The notes under the pieces: model-generated
Told to the model about the DNA's origin: nothing
Seen by the model: only the letters and a program-made list of their open reading frames with translations
Databases searched by the model: none
Shown here: piece after piece, positions 1-9,980 of the stretch
Numbering within the stretch: position 1 is the stretch's first letter
Layout of the letters: every line of letters begins with the position of its first letter
Assembly (NCBI GenBank): GCA_009885285.1
Contig: VFKX01000007.1
Coordinates: 5,046-69,045 of the forward strand
Direction of reading: 5' to 3'
Source of the DNA: Candidatus Falkowbacteria bacterium
Lineage (GTDB): Bacteria; Patescibacteriota; Patescibacteriia; Patescibacteriales; UBA12465
DNA length: 64,000 nucleotides
Program-made: the position numbers and the translations under genes

Positions 1-442
1 TCCGATTAAGACGGCCGCGTTCGCCAACCGTATTCTGAGCTAGAGACTTTTTAATCTTAATGAGGCTGGGCGCCAACTTATTCATGCGTACAATTGTCTT
101 GTCGCGCCGCGCCTCAGCCGCCGCTACCGCCTTCTGGAGAGAAGTCATCTTTGGCGGACCGCTCTTTTCCGTCGCTCCAGCTGCAGACGGCACAGAGCCC
201 AGCTGCTTAAAGACGCCGGAAATACTCTTGAGTTCCTCAGCACTCATTTCCCCCTTGAGCTTTGACATTGCTGAAGTCGCATTAAACTTGCCACTACGAA
301 TAGCGCCTTGAGCGCCCCGCACCACTTTCATGATCGTGGCATGCTTATCCTTCAAACTGCTATTCCTCGTCACATAACGCAGACTAGAGGAAAGCTTGCC
401 GATACTAAAGCCACTGCCGCCACTAATGCCGTGTAATTCCAT
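1..442 (-). CDS. hypothetical protein, N-terminal part; the ORF runs off the window start
   Basis: I translated the minus strand by hand. ATG at 442 opens MELHGISGGSGFSIGKLSS and the frame stays open to base 1. No recognisable motif. It lies downstream of secY, where adk and map normally sit. Confidence 0.4.
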   Translation of the reverse strand, partial: MELHGISGGSGFSIGKLSSSLRYVTRNSSLKDKHATIMKVVRGAQGAIRSGKFNATSAMSKLKGEMSAEELKSISGVFKQLGSVPSAAGATEKSGPPKMTSLQKAVAAAEARRDKTIVRMNKLAPSLIKIKKSLAQNTVGERGRLNR

Positions 443-445
443 ATA

Positions 446-742
446 TTATTTTTTAAAGCTGTCTAAGAGGTCATTAATCTGATTCAGGTCATATGAGGTT
501 AGTCCGAGTTTAACTCGGTTCTCATACAGACGATATTTATCTTCGCGAACTGTTAAGCCAGAGGGCTGAATGCCTTGGCGGATTTTCTCCTTATACTTCT
601 TAATGATGTTTAGCACCAGGTCGCGGTTGGCGCCGCTTAAGTTCTTATAATTTGGGTTAGTCCGCATCAATTCTTCCATCCGCTGGGTGATGCGGTAATT
701 GGTCTGATTAGCCATGTCTTTCGTCACGTCTTTTAAGTCCAT
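446..742 (-). CDS. hypothetical protein (98 aa)
   Basis: ORF immediately downstream of secY in the same orientation. Charged, Lys-rich, no recognisable motif. Confidence 0.4.
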   Translation of the reverse strand: MDLKDVTKDMANQTNYRITQRMEELMRTNPNYKNLSGANRDLVLNIIKKYKEKIRQGIQPSGLTVREDKYRLYENRVKLGLTSYDLNQINDLLDSFKK

Positions 743-833
743 ATTTATATCGTTAATTTCACTTTGAATATTATACCATAAAAAAAACCAGCTATAAAGC
801 TGATTTTTTATATATCACAATTTAATTCTCTAA

Positions 834-2108
834 TTAGATACCATCGTATTCACGCATCGTCATCTGCGCTTCAACTTGCTTAACGGTCTCAATAACCACA
901 GAGACGACGATCAGCAAACTGGTACCGCCGACAGCGAATGCCTGCATACCGGTAAAATACTTCATTAGCAGAGGCAAGACAGCAATCAGGCCCAAGAATA
1001 AAGCGCCGGCCAGGATAATCTTATGGGTTGTATAAGCCAAGTAATCACTAGTCGGCTTACCCGGTCTAATACCAGGAATAAAGCCTCCCTGTTTCTGTAA
1101 GTTCTCGGCAATCTGCGCCGGATGGAAAATAACTTCAGTATAGAAATAGGTGAAGGCAAAAACCAAAACGAAATAGACAATACCGTAGAAGAGTTGGTTA
1201 TTGAACAAAGTAATAACATTAGAAGCTGCACTGGCAATCCAAGCAGTCTTCGCGTGAATCAAGAACTGAGCCACCATAGACGGGAATAAGACAACAGAAA
1301 TCGCGAAGATAATCGGGATAACGCCGGCCATATTAACGCGCAACGGCAAATGAGTGCTGGTGCCGCCAAAAGTGCGGTTGCCGCGGACTTGGCGGGCATA
1401 CTGGACAGGCACATTGCGCTGACCTTCATTAATAATGACCACGCCAACAACGGTAATGACCGCGATAGCTACGAAGCCGATTAACATCAGCAATTGGCTC
1501 ATATCAAAGGTAGTGGCAATTTGCTGCACGGTCGTCGGCAAGCTGGCCACGATGCCGGCAAAAATAAGCAAGGAAATGCCATTTCCGACTTTCTTTTCAG
1601 TAATCAACTCACCGATCCACATCAAGAAGATGGAGCCGGCGGTAATAGTCAGAATCATCAGAGCAAAATCAAAGGGAGTGACGTTACCGAGAATGCCAGC
1701 TGACCCCTTACGCAATAAGGTAATCATGCCGTAAGACTGCAAGACAGCCAAAGGAACAGTTGCCCAACGGGTCCACATATTAATCTTCTGGCGGCCGGAT
1801 TCTTCCTTCTGCATTTCTTCAACAGAAGGGATAATCATACCTAAAAGCTGGAAGATAATTGAAGAGGTGATATACGGACCGACACCCATCATGACGATGG
1901 AGAAATTCTCCATGCCGCCTCCAGAGAACAGGTTCATCAGGCCCAAGAATTGGTTGGACGCGAATAAGTTCTTCAAGGCTACGGCGTTAACACCAGGAAC
2001 CGGGATATGGGCAGCCAGACGGAAGATAACGAGCATGCCAAGCACGAACAAGATACTGTTTCTTAAGTCTTTAGCTTTCCAGATTTGCTCTAGTTTATCA
2101 AAAATCAT
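834..2108 (-). CDS. secY: preprotein translocase subunit SecY
   Basis: 424 aa, ten predicted TM segments, typical SecY N-terminus and motifs. Canonical position after rplO. Confidence 0.95.
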   Translation of the reverse strand: MIFDKLEQIWKAKDLRNSILFVLGMLVIFRLAAHIPVPGVNAVALKNLFASNQFLGLMNLFSGGGMENFSIVMMGVGPYITSSIIFQLLGMIIPSVEEMQKEESGRQKINMWTRWATVPLAVLQSYGMITLLRKGSAGILGNVTPFDFALMILTITAGSIFLMWIGELITEKKVGNGISLLIFAGIVASLPTTVQQIATTFDMSQLLMLIGFVAIAVITVVGVVIINEGQRNVPVQYARQVRGNRTFGGTSTHLPLRVNMAGVIPIIFAISVVLFPSMVAQFLIHAKTAWIASAASNVITLFNNQLFYGIVYFVLVFAFTYFYTEVIFHPAQIAENLQKQGGFIPGIRPGKPTSDYLAYTTHKIILAGALFLGLIAVLPLLMKYFTGMQAFAVGGTSLLIVVSVVIETVKQVEAQMTMREYDGI

Positions 2109-2152
2109 ATTGACAATTTTAAAAAAAACTTAAATGGCTTAAACCGAGTGGC

Positions 2153-2566
2153 TTATTTCAATTGATCCCTGAGGGTGGCACTCATCTTGATGCGTTCAAA
2201 TTTAACCTTAACGGCTAATTTCTCTTTGCCCAAGACTTTAACCGGCAAAGTTGCGGAAGCAATCAGCTTCTTCTCGAACAAAGAAGCACCGTTTACAACA
2301 TCACCATCCTTAAAGTGGCTATTGATAGCACTGATAGCAACAACCTGATTCTTCGGCTTCAAAGACTTGAAACCTTTGGATTTCGGGATCTGCAATAATT
2401 GCGCCTTCATACCTAAGCGCTTCAAACCAGAAACACCAGAACGAGAACGCTGACCCTTCTGACCCTTAGTACTGTAAGTACCGTGGCCGGAAGCGTTACC
2501 GCGACCGACACGCTTTCTCGGTTTAGCGCGGCCCTTAGTTTTGGTTATTGTATTAAGTGATAACAT
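2153..2566 (-). CDS. rplO: 50S ribosomal protein L15
   Basis: 137 aa, Gly/Arg-rich L15 N-terminus (GRGNASGHGTYSTKGQKG). Only 28 nt separate it from rpsE, so there is no room for an L30 gene. Confidence 0.9.
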   Translation of the reverse strand: MLSLNTITKTKGRAKPRKRVGRGNASGHGTYSTKGQKGQRSRSGVSGLKRLGMKAQLLQIPKSKGFKSLKPKNQVVAISAINSHFKDGDVVNGASLFEKKLIASATLPVKVLGKEKLAVKVKFERIKMSATLRDQLK

Positions 2567-2594
2567 ATTATTTTTGAAGTCTAATTAAACAAGC

Positions 2595-3233
2595 TTATTT
2601 ATCGCTCTTCAGTTCAGTCGCTTCAGCCTTAACGGCTTTCGGTTCGCGGGTGCGCAAAGCCTTGAGAGCTAAGATAGTACAACGAGCATTATTGATCTTA
2701 TTGTTTGATCCTAAAGCCTTACTAGTAATATTCTTAATGCCAGCGAGCTCTAAAATGATTCTGGTAACACCACCGGCAATAACACCGCGACCAGCCTTAG
2801 CTGGCTTAATCATTACGAGAGCGGCACCATTTTTCTGAGTAACAGCATGAGGGATAGTGTCTTTCACAGTCGGAACCTTAACCATATCTTTCTTAGCGCG
2901 ATTGACAGCCTTATTTACAGCCATAGTCACATCAGCACCTTTACCAAGTCCGACGCCGACGCTGCCCTTACGGTCACCGATAGCGACGCAAGCACGGAAG
3001 TTCATTCTTTTGCCACCAGCCATAACACGAGTTACGCGGGCAACTTCCAGGATGCGCTGTTCCATTTCGTCTTTCGGTTTATCGTCACGGCGATCACCGC
3101 GGCCTTTACCTCGTCCGCCTTGGAATCCGCCGCCAGGACGTTTCTTCTCGCCGTAGAGATCCTTGGCAACTGTGGCAGATGCTCCTTGGCTGACATTAGC
3201 CTTGGCTCCGGTTGTAGTTTTTTTGTCTTCCAT
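2595..3233 (-). CDS. rpsE: 30S ribosomal protein S5, with a roughly 50-aa Gly/Arg-rich N-terminal extension
   Basis: S5 core (RVTRVMAGGKRMNFRACVAIGD ... ALGSNN) in operon position. Confidence 0.9.
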   Translation of the reverse strand: MEDKKTTTGAKANVSQGASATVAKDLYGEKKRPGGGFQGGRGKGRGDRRDDKPKDEMEQRILEVARVTRVMAGGKRMNFRACVAIGDRKGSVGVGLGKGADVTMAVNKAVNRAKKDMVKVPTVKDTIPHAVTQKNGAALVMIKPAKAGRGVIAGGVTRIILELAGIKNITSKALGSNNKINNARCTILALKALRTREPKAVKAEATELKSDK

Positions 3234-3261
3234 ATAATGATTGCTAATTGCGATTTATAGT

Positions 3262-3615
3262 TTAAAATTTCAAGCCGCCTTCACGTGCTCCTTCTGCTGC
3301 CGCTTTAACCCGGCCGTGATATTTGTAAGCGCCGCGATCAAAGACTACCGACTCGATTTTCTTATCCTTGGCTTTAGCCGCGATAATTTTACCGAGCTCT
3401 TTGCCGGATTCAGTCTTATTAACCTTCGCCTTCAACTCTTTCATGCCGGCGCTGGCTAAAGTCTGATTGCTTATATCGTCAATCAACTGCAAGAACATGC
3501 CTTTATTGGAGCGAAAAACACTCAAACGAGGGCGAGACTCAGTCCCGGAGATTTTAGCGCGGACGCGTCCGTGACGTCTGTCTGCTCTTTGTTTATTGGC
3601 CTTGATTTTATCCAT
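3262..3615 (-). CDS. rplR: 50S ribosomal protein L18
   Basis: 117 aa, L18 signature and operon position. Confidence 0.9.
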   Translation of the reverse strand: MDKIKANKQRADRRHGRVRAKISGTESRPRLSVFRSNKGMFLQLIDDISNQTLASAGMKELKAKVNKTESGKELGKIIAAKAKDKKIESVVFDRGAYKYHGRVKAAAEGAREGGLKF

Positions 3616-3642
3616 ATAATTAAAATTCTTATCAGCTTAAAA

Positions 3643-4188
3643 TTATTTACCTTTAGCAGCCGCTTTACCGGCTTTACGACGAATGACTTCATCGACATAT
3701 TTAACACCCTTTCCTTTATAAGGTTCCGGCTTACGGATCTTTCTGATTTGAGCGGCGGTCTCGCCGACCAAAGCCTTGTCTGCACCTTCCAAAGTAATAA
3801 CATTAGCAGCCACCGAAGCGGTAATACCGACAGGTAATTTGAATTCAATCGGATGGGAAAAGCCAAGACTCATATTTAATTGGTTGCCAGCCACCGCAGC
3901 GCGGTAACCAACACCGTTGATTTCTAATTTTTTAACGAAACCAGTCGAGACACCAATCACGTTATTGCGGATCAAACTCCACATTAAACCCCACATGGCG
4001 CTGGCATTCTTCGCCTCTTTATCATGAGGAGCTACAACGATCTCGTCGCCTTCAAGCTTGGCAGCGATAAGCGGATTGAGCTTCAAGCGTAATTCGCCTT
4101 TAGGGCCTTTGAAGGTGTACTCAGTAGCGTTAGCTGCAAAAGTAGTTCCGGCCGGCAATTTAATTGGTAGTTTTCCTAAACGTGACAT
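3643..4188 (-). CDS. rplF: 50S ribosomal protein L6
   Basis: 181 aa, two-domain L6 sequence, operon position. Confidence 0.9.
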   Translation of the reverse strand: MSRLGKLPIKLPAGTTFAANATEYTFKGPKGELRLKLNPLIAAKLEGDEIVVAPHDKEAKNASAMWGLMWSLIRNNVIGVSTGFVKKLEINGVGYRAAVAGNQLNMSLGFSHPIEFKLPVGITASVAANVITLEGADKALVGETAAQIRKIRKPEPYKGKGVKYVDEVIRRKAGKAAAKGK

Positions 4189-4211
4189 ATAAGTAAAATA
4201 AATTGAGATGA

Positions 4212-4622
4212 TTAATAAATTTCGCCGAGAACTTCTCCGCCGACCTGAGCCTTTTTAGCCTGCTTATCAGTCATTAAGCCGTTAGAGGTAGAAATGATAG
4301 CGATACCGAAGTTATTAAGCACGGTCGGGATTTCATCCTTGGAAACATAAATCTTCAAACCAGGGCGGCTGATGCGCTTGATTGAGCTGATCTGAGGTTT
4401 GCCATTCTTATGGTATTTCAATTGAAGCAGTAATTCGTCGAAACTGCTATGGCGTCCGTTCAAGCCGCCGGCGACCACCTCTGCCTTCTTAATCCAACCC
4501 TCAGTCTCTAAAATCTTAGCGATTTCGAGCTTAAGTTTGCTAAGCGGCAAGGAAACCTCCGACTTTTTGACAGCGGATGCGTTTCTGATTCTTGTGAACA
4601 TGTCTGCGATGGGATCCATCAT
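4212..4622 (-). CDS. rpsH: 30S ribosomal protein S8
   Basis: 136 aa, starts MMDPIADMFTRIRNA, typical S8. Confidence 0.9.
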   Translation of the reverse strand: MMDPIADMFTRIRNASAVKKSEVSLPLSKLKLEIAKILETEGWIKKAEVVAGGLNGRHSSFDELLLQLKYHKNGKPQISSIKRISRPGLKIYVSKDEIPTVLNNFGIAIISTSNGLMTDKQAKKAQVGGEVLGEIY

Positions 4623-4650
4623 ATTTTTAGGTTAACTTAATTACTTATTT

Positions 4651-4836
4651 TTACCAACTAGACTTCGTAATGCCCGGTAAATCGCCATTGGAGGCTAATT
4701 CGCGGAAACAAATACGGCATAATTTAAAATCACGCATGAAGCTGTGGTTACGGCCGCAGCGCCAGCACCGATTGATTTTTCTAGTAGAAAACTTCGGTTT
4801 TCTCTTTGCTTTGACGATTAATGCAGTTCTTGCCAT
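4651..4836 (-). CDS. rpsZ: 30S ribosomal protein S14, type Z (zinc-binding)
   Basis: 61 aa carrying the CxxC...CxxC zinc ribbon (CWRCGR...CRICFRE). Confidence 0.9.
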   Translation of the reverse strand: MARTALIVKAKRKPKFSTRKINRCWRCGRNHSFMRDFKLCRICFRELASNGDLPGITKSSW

Positions 4837-4847
4837 ATATATTTAAA

Positions 4848-5405
4848 TTATTTGGTATCTTTTTTAAACGGGAAGCCCATCAAGCGGAAAAGCTCCAAAC
4901 CTTCAGCTCTGTTCTTAGCGTTAGTCGCCAAGCAAACTTCTAAGCCGAAAATATTGTCAACTTCTTCTGCATGGATTTCCGGAAAACATGTATAATCCTT
5001 GAAACCGATAGTCATGTTTCCTTCTCTGTCTAAACCTTTTTCAGAGATACCGCGGAAGTCGCGAACGCGAGGGAAAGTAATATTTACCAGCTTATCGATA
5101 AAATCATACATCTGCTGGCCGCGTAAAGTGACCTTAGCGCCGATCACCAAGCCTTCTCTGATTTTAAAGGCAGAAATAGATTTCTTGGCGGCGGTCATCA
5201 CCGGCTTCTGGCCGGCAATCTTAGTCAGGGCTTTTTCCACGCCGGCGACAAATTCTTTTTCCTTAAGATGATGTCCGAAGCCAATGTTAATAACTACCTT
5301 AGTTAAACGAGGCACGAGCATGTTATTCTTAAATCCGAATTTCTCCTTTAATTCCGGAACGATAGATTTTTGATATTTTTCTCTTAATTTCATAGAATTA
5401 CTCAA
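4848..5405 (-). CDS. rplE: 50S ribosomal protein L5
   Basis: 185 aa, L5 family, operon position. Confidence 0.9.
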   Translation of the reverse strand: MSNSMKLREKYQKSIVPELKEKFGFKNNMLVPRLTKVVINIGFGHHLKEKEFVAGVEKALTKIAGQKPVMTAAKKSISAFKIREGLVIGAKVTLRGQQMYDFIDKLVNITFPRVRDFRGISEKGLDREGNMTIGFKDYTCFPEIHAEEVDNIFGLEVCLATNAKNRAEGLELFRLMGFPFKKDTK

Positions 5406-5721
5406 TTATTTCCTGACATTTTTTACAAACTCTAAATTTTTTAGCTGCCTTCCCTTCTGTCTTGACGGTCTTGTGGCCGACTCTGGTCGCCTGGCCGCAC
5501 TTCGGACAAACTAAAGCCATATTGTCAGCTTTCATGAAAGCCGGGAATTCAATCCGCTGGCCTTTCTCGCCATTGCGGTTCGGGCGCATATGCTTAACCG
5601 CCAAATTCAAGCCTTCGATGCTCGCCTTGTTTTCAGACGGGAGCACCTGCAAAACCTTGCCGGACTTGCCTTTGTCCTTGCCGGCTAAGATTTTAACTTT
5701 GTCATTCTTTTTGATATTCAT
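5398..5721 (-). CDS. rplX: 50S ribosomal protein L24
   Basis: 107 aa, KOW domain (KKNDKVKILAGKDKGKSGKV). Confidence 0.9.
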   Translation of the reverse strand: MNIKKNDKVKILAGKDKGKSGKVLQVLPSENKASIEGLNLAVKHMRPNRNGEKGQRIEFPAFMKADNMALVCPKCGQATRVGHKTVKTEGKAAKKFRVCKKCQEIIE

Positions 5722-5742
5722 ATTATTTCTGGCTTGATTTTT

Positions 5743-6117
5743 TTATAAAACTTCCGGGGCTAAAGAAGCTATCTTCACGAAACCTTCGCGACGCACTTCT
5801 CTGGCGATCGGTCCAAAGATACGGGTTCCCTTCGGATCCTTCTTAACAATGTCATTGATGATAACGCAGGCATTATCGTCAAAGCGGACATAAGAACCGT
5901 CTGGGCGGCGGATTTCCTTTTTAGTGCGGACAATCACGGCCTTAGCCACATCGCCTTTCTTAATGGCGGCGTGAGGAACAGCTGATTTGACAGCCACGAT
6001 AACGATATCGCCGACATGGCCATAACGTCTCTTGAAACCTCCTAAAACACGGATGCACATCACTTCTTTGGCACCGGAATTATCGGCTACTTTTAAATAT
6101 GTTTGTACTTGGACCAT
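5743..6117 (-). CDS. rplN: 50S ribosomal protein L14
   Basis: 124 aa, starts [17 protein letters not shown]. Confidence 0.95.
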   Translation of the reverse strand: MVQVQTYLKVADNSGAKEVMCIRVLGGFKRRYGHVGDIVIVAVKSAVPHAAIKKGDVAKAVIVRTKKEIRRPDGSYVRFDDNACVIINDIVKKDPKGTRIFGPIAREVRREGFVKIASLAPEVL

Positions 6118-6139
6118 ATGATTAGTTTCAATTTATCTA

Positions 6140-6418
6140 TTAGGAATTCTTGCTTACTCTCCATCTTTTATCGCGGCTCAGCGGGCGGCACTCCACAAAG
6201 TTAACCTTATCACCGACATGGAATTCATTCTTTTCATCATGAACCTTGTACTTGCGGCTGACGGTATAGCGCTTCTGGTATTTAGGATGTTTCTTGACGG
6301 ATTCAACCTTAACCAAAATAGTTTTGTCGTTCTTATCACTGACGACGACGCCACTAAAAGTACGGCTGATGACATCCGGCTTTTTTACTTCTTCCTTTTT
6401 AGGTGTGACTGCGCTCAT
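6140..6418 (-). CDS. rpsQ: 30S ribosomal protein S17
   Basis: 92 aa, S17 OB-fold sequence, operon position. Confidence 0.9.
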   Translation of the reverse strand: MSAVTPKKEEVKKPDVISRTFSGVVVSDKNDKTILVKVESVKKHPKYQKRYTVSRKYKVHDEKNEFHVGDKVNFVECRPLSRDKRWRVSKNS

Positions 6419-6419
6419 A

Positions 6420-6605
6420 TTATTTTTTCTTATTTAATATAGTTAAAACCTGAGCAATCTGCTCTTTAACGATTCTGATTTCCCGAACGTTCTTTAATTG
6501 CTTATTAGAATCCTTAAAGCGCAGCTCGCGCAATTTCTCGCGGCCCTGGCCCAATAACTTCTGCAATTCAGCCTCGCTCTTGGTTTGTAATTCTTTGAAT
6601 TCCAT
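6420..6605 (-). CDS. rpmC: 50S ribosomal protein L29
   Basis: 61 aa helical protein between rplP and rpsQ. Confidence 0.85.
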   Translation of the reverse strand: MEFKELQTKSEAELQKLLGQGREKLRELRFKDSNKQLKNVREIRIVKEQIAQVLTILNKKK

Positions 6606-6631
6606 ATATTTTTCCTAATTTAGTCTTTAAC

Positions 6632-7045
6632 TTACGAATTATCTTTGGCAATGAATTGGCATTTGACCGGTAACTTGTGGGCGGCTAATTCCATCGCCTT
6701 CTTAGCTGTTTCTTTATCAAGACCTTCGATTTCAAACATGACCATACCCGGCTTGATGATAGCTACATAGTAATCGACAGCACCTTTACCTTTACCCATC
6801 GGGATTTCACCACCATGAGCGGTAATCGGTTTATCAGGGAAAATTCTGATCCAAATCTGGCCGCCTTTCTTGATATATTTAGTCATCACGCGACGAGCGG
6901 ATTCAATCTGGCGGGAGGTCACCCAGCAAGCAGTCAGACTCTTTAAGCCATAGCTACCGAAACTGATATTCAGGTTACGGCTAGCCTTGCCGCCGCGGCG
7001 GCGCTTCTGGTCTTTTCTCCATTTAGTTTTCTTTGGCATTAACAT
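6632..7045 (-). CDS. rplP: 50S ribosomal protein L16
   Basis: 137 aa, starts MLMPKKTKWRK, L16 family. Confidence 0.9.
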   Translation of the reverse strand: MLMPKKTKWRKDQKRRRGGKASRNLNISFGSYGLKSLTACWVTSRQIESARRVMTKYIKKGGQIWIRIFPDKPITAHGGEIPMGKGKGAVDYYVAIIKPGMVMFEIEGLDKETAKKAMELAAHKLPVKCQFIAKDNS

Positions 7046-7070
7046 ATGTTTTGCAGATTTGTGTTATTTG

Positions 7071-7751
7071 TTATTCGGCGATCACTTCGCCCTTAGCCGC
7101 ACTTTCCTTTTCAAAAACTTCTCCCTTATAGACCCAGACTTTAACACCGATAGCACCATAAGTGGTATGAGCGGCTCCGCGAGCGTAGTCAATATCAGCG
7201 CGTAATGTTTGTAAAGGCACTTTACCCCAGACCAATTTCTCGGTTCTGGCGATTTCTGCACCGTTCAAACGTCCGGAGATAACGATCTTGGCGCCAAGAG
7301 CGCCAGCTCTTTCAACTTTGCCCAAGTTCTGTTTCATGACTTTTCTGAAAGGCATTCTCTTTTCGATATCCAGGATCATGGTCTGAACGATAATTTGAGC
7401 GCTTAAATTCGGGCGGCTATATTCTTTAATATTCAAACTGATTTCACCCATCCGGAAATTCTTTAAGAATTTATCATGGAGCTTCTTCTTCAGGTCTTCT
7501 GCGCCATTGCCACCGCGACCGATAATCAAGCCTGGTTTAGCAGTAGTAACGTTAATTTCAACCTTACCGATGGTGCGAATAATCTGCACCTGATCAACGC
7601 CGGCTTCCTTAAATTCCTTAATCATGTAGCGGCGGATAGAAATATCCTGCTTCACATTATTAATGTAATTATCACCAGATTCAAACCATAAAGAGGCCCA
7701 AGTCTTGGTGATGCCCATGCGAAATATTTTCGGATTAACTTTTTTACCCAT
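7071..7751 (-). CDS. rpsC: 30S ribosomal protein S3
   Basis: 226 aa, KH and S3-C domains, operon position. Confidence 0.9.
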   Translation of the reverse strand: MGKKVNPKIFRMGITKTWASLWFESGDNYINNVKQDISIRRYMIKEFKEAGVDQVQIIRTIGKVEINVTTAKPGLIIGRGGNGAEDLKKKLHDKFLKNFRMGEISLNIKEYSRPNLSAQIIVQTMILDIEKRMPFRKVMKQNLGKVERAGALGAKIVISGRLNGAEIARTEKLVWGKVPLQTLRADIDYARGAAHTTYGAIGVKVWVYKGEVFEKESAAKGEVIAE

Positions 7752-7793
7752 ATGAATTCAATTACGAATTAAGAATTTATTTTTGCTTGCTTA

Positions 7794-8309
7794 TTAACCG
7801 GCTTTTCTTCTGAACATTCTAGCCTTTTCACCAGCCGCTTTCTTGGTCTGGTCCTTATCAGCCTTGATGCCGGATTTCTGAGCAGCCGCTTCACCTTCCT
7901 TGACTAACTTCTCCAGTTTAACCGGATCAGCCGCCTTAACGACTTTCTTTTCCTTGAGACCGCTTTCCTTGATTTCACCAAGGATTAAGCTCAAGTGACA
8001 GCCGCGTTTGCGGATGGAAGTGGCTCGGCCATGGGCGCGAGGCATCCATCTTTTCAACATGACACCTTCGTCAGAACGGATTTCCTTGATATATAAATTG
8101 TCGCGGTCCAGTCCGTAAGTATTGACACCGTTAGCGATAGCAGACTTGATAAGCTTAGCAATCGGCTCAGCGGCTAATTTGCCGACGAAGCGCAATTGAT
8201 CCAAAGCGGCATCAACCGGCATCTTGCGGATCAGGTCAATCACCAAACGGGTTTTCCGAGGTGACATTCTCAAATGGTTTAAATTGGCTTTTACTTCCAT
8301 ATTAGTCAA
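7794..8309 (-). CDS. rplV: 50S ribosomal protein L22, with a Lys-rich C-terminal tail
   Basis: 171 aa with an L22 core. Confidence 0.9.
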   Translation of the reverse strand: MTNMEVKANLNHLRMSPRKTRLVIDLIRKMPVDAALDQLRFVGKLAAEPIAKLIKSAIANGVNTYGLDRDNLYIKEIRSDEGVMLKRWMPRAHGRATSIRKRGCHLSLILGEIKESGLKEKKVVKAADPVKLEKLVKEGEAAAQKSGIKADKDQTKKAAGEKARMFRRKAG

Positions 8310-8334
8310 AGATTAATAATTTCTTATACGTGCG

Positions 8335-8622
8335 TTACTTCTTGTCGCCAGCCTGGCTCTTAGCCATCTTACCGCCGTGGCCTAAGAATTTCTTAGTCGG
8401 TGAAAATTCACCTAAGCGATGGCCAACCATGTTTTCAACAACGTAAACCGGGATATGGGTCTTGCCGTTGTGGACGCCGAGAGTAAACCCGACCATTTCA
8501 GGAGTAATCGAACAAGCGCGATCCCAAACCTTAATCACGGTTTTATCTTCCGCTTTCAAGTTCTTAATCTTATTGACCAAGCGCAGGTTGACGTATGGAC
8601 CCTTTTTTAAACTTCTGGACAT
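8335..8622 (-). CDS. rpsS: 30S ribosomal protein S19
   Basis: 95 aa, starts [11 protein letters not shown]. Confidence 0.95.
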   Translation of the reverse strand: MSRSLKKGPYVNLRLVNKIKNLKAEDKTVIKVWDRACSITPEMVGFTLGVHNGKTHIPVYVVENMVGHRLGEFSPTKKFLGHGGKMAKSQAGDKK

Positions 8623-8627
8623 ATATT

Positions 8628-9464
8628 TTATTTACGTTTAGCTCTTCTCTTAATTATTAAACGGTCACTGTGACGTTTTTTTCTAGTCTTAACACCAAGT
8701 GCTGGTTTACCCCAGATTGTCTTAGGATGGGTCAAACCGATAGATTGGTTACCTTCACCGCCGCCGTGTGGGTGGTCATTCGGATTCATAGCGCTGCCAC
8801 GAACTGTCGGACGAATACCTAAGTGACGGCTGCGGCCGGCTTTACCGAGGGAAATGTGGCGATGATCAGGGTTAGAAGCGCGGCCGATAGTGCACATGCA
8901 TTCTTTCTTGACCTGACGAATTTCACCAGATGGCATCTTTAACTGGGCATATTTACCTTCAACACCCATGACATAAACGATATTACCAGCAGAACGAGCG
9001 ATTTTAGCGCCTGCGCCAGGTTCTAATTCAACGCAACTAACAGCCATACCAGCCGGAATATATTGCAATTGAACGGCATTGCCATTCTTCAATTCGATTA
9101 AATCTTGAGAACTTGTTACTTTATCGCCAACCTTCAAATCAGTCGGAGCGACGATGTATCTCTTAGCACCGTCAGCGAAATGTAATAAAGCTAAGCGAGA
9201 ACCTCTGTTTGGATCGTATTCAATAGAAGCGACAGTCGCTTCAACGTTGAACTTATCACGTTTAAAGTCCACTAAGCGGATATAGCGCTTGGAGCCGCCG
9301 CCACGATGACGAACAGTAATTTTTCCGGTGGAGTTGCGGCCGCCAGTCTTCTTTTTGATAACGATTAATCTTTTTTCCGGAACAACCCTAGTGACATCTT
9401 CAAAATCGTCGAAGGTAGCTTCGCGTCGTCCTGGAGTATTCGCTTTTACTTTTTTGATACCCAT
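8628..9464 (-). CDS. rplB: 50S ribosomal protein L2
   Basis: 278 aa, L2 signature (GGGxKRx[10 protein letters not shown]). Confidence 0.95.
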   Translation of the reverse strand: MGIKKVKANTPGRREATFDDFEDVTRVVPEKRLIVIKKKTGGRNSTGKITVRHRGGGSKRYIRLVDFKRDKFNVEATVASIEYDPNRGSRLALLHFADGAKRYIVAPTDLKVGDKVTSSQDLIELKNGNAVQLQYIPAGMAVSCVELEPGAGAKIARSAGNIVYVMGVEGKYAQLKMPSGEIRQVKKECMCTIGRASNPDHRHISLGKAGRSRHLGIRPTVRGSAMNPNDHPHGGGEGNQSIGLTHPKTIWGKPALGVKTRKKRHSDRLIIKRRAKRK

Positions 9465-9489
9465 ATGTGCAAGAAAAAAATTTTATAAA

Positions 9490-9972
9490 TTAAACGCCTT
9501 CGTAAATAGTGATAGCTTCGCCCTTAGCGAGAGTCACGATAGCTTTCCGCCAATCGCTTCTCTGACCCTGGATGCGTCCGCGGGAAACTTTCTTACCGGA
9601 GACATTAACGATATTTACTTTAATTGGAGTGACGCCGTAAGTGGCTTTAACCGCTTTGGCGACCTCAATCTTATTAGCGCTTTCTGCTACGATGAAAACA
9701 TATTTATTAGCACCGACCAGATTAGTTGCTTTTTCAGTGATCAGCGGGCTAACTAGCACGCGATAGGAATCATTGATTTTAGAAACAGTGGCAACGGTAG
9801 CCTTCTTTGAGCCGGAAACCTTAGCGGTCCCAGCATACAAATCCTGCATGCTAGTTGCTTCGTCAGTTTTCCCCTCATCTTTGTTAACCGATTTAGCCGC
9901 AGTTTTCACCGCTGCTTTCGCAGTCGGCTTCTTTGCCACTTCCTCGTCTTTTTTTGTTCCAAATATTGCCAT
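9490..9972 (-). CDS. rplW: 50S ribosomal protein L23, with a roughly 60-aa Ala/Lys-rich N-terminal extension
   Basis: L23 core sits in the C-terminal 100 aa, operon position. The true start may instead be the internal Met. Confidence 0.8.
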   Translation of the reverse strand: MAIFGTKKDEEVAKKPTAKAAVKTAAKSVNKDEGKTDEATSMQDLYAGTAKVSGSKKATVATVSKINDSYRVLVSPLITEKATNLVGANKYVFIVAESANKIEVAKAVKATYGVTPIKVNIVNVSGKKVSRGRIQGQRSDWRKAIVTLAKGEAITIYEGV

Positions 9973-9980
9973 ATGATTGA

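Noticed and set aside
60-311. 83-aa plus-strand ORF at the window start
   Set aside because: It is antisense to a longer minus-strand frame that runs continuously from the ATG at 442 to base 1. Ala/Arg-rich translations like this are typical of reverse-strand artefacts.
986-2133. ORFs of 60-100 aa on either strand nested inside secY (986-1237, 1259-1450, 1435-1734, 1494-1703, 1867-2133)
   Set aside because: They lie fully inside the strongly supported secY CDS and have no features of their own. Typical shadow ORFs.
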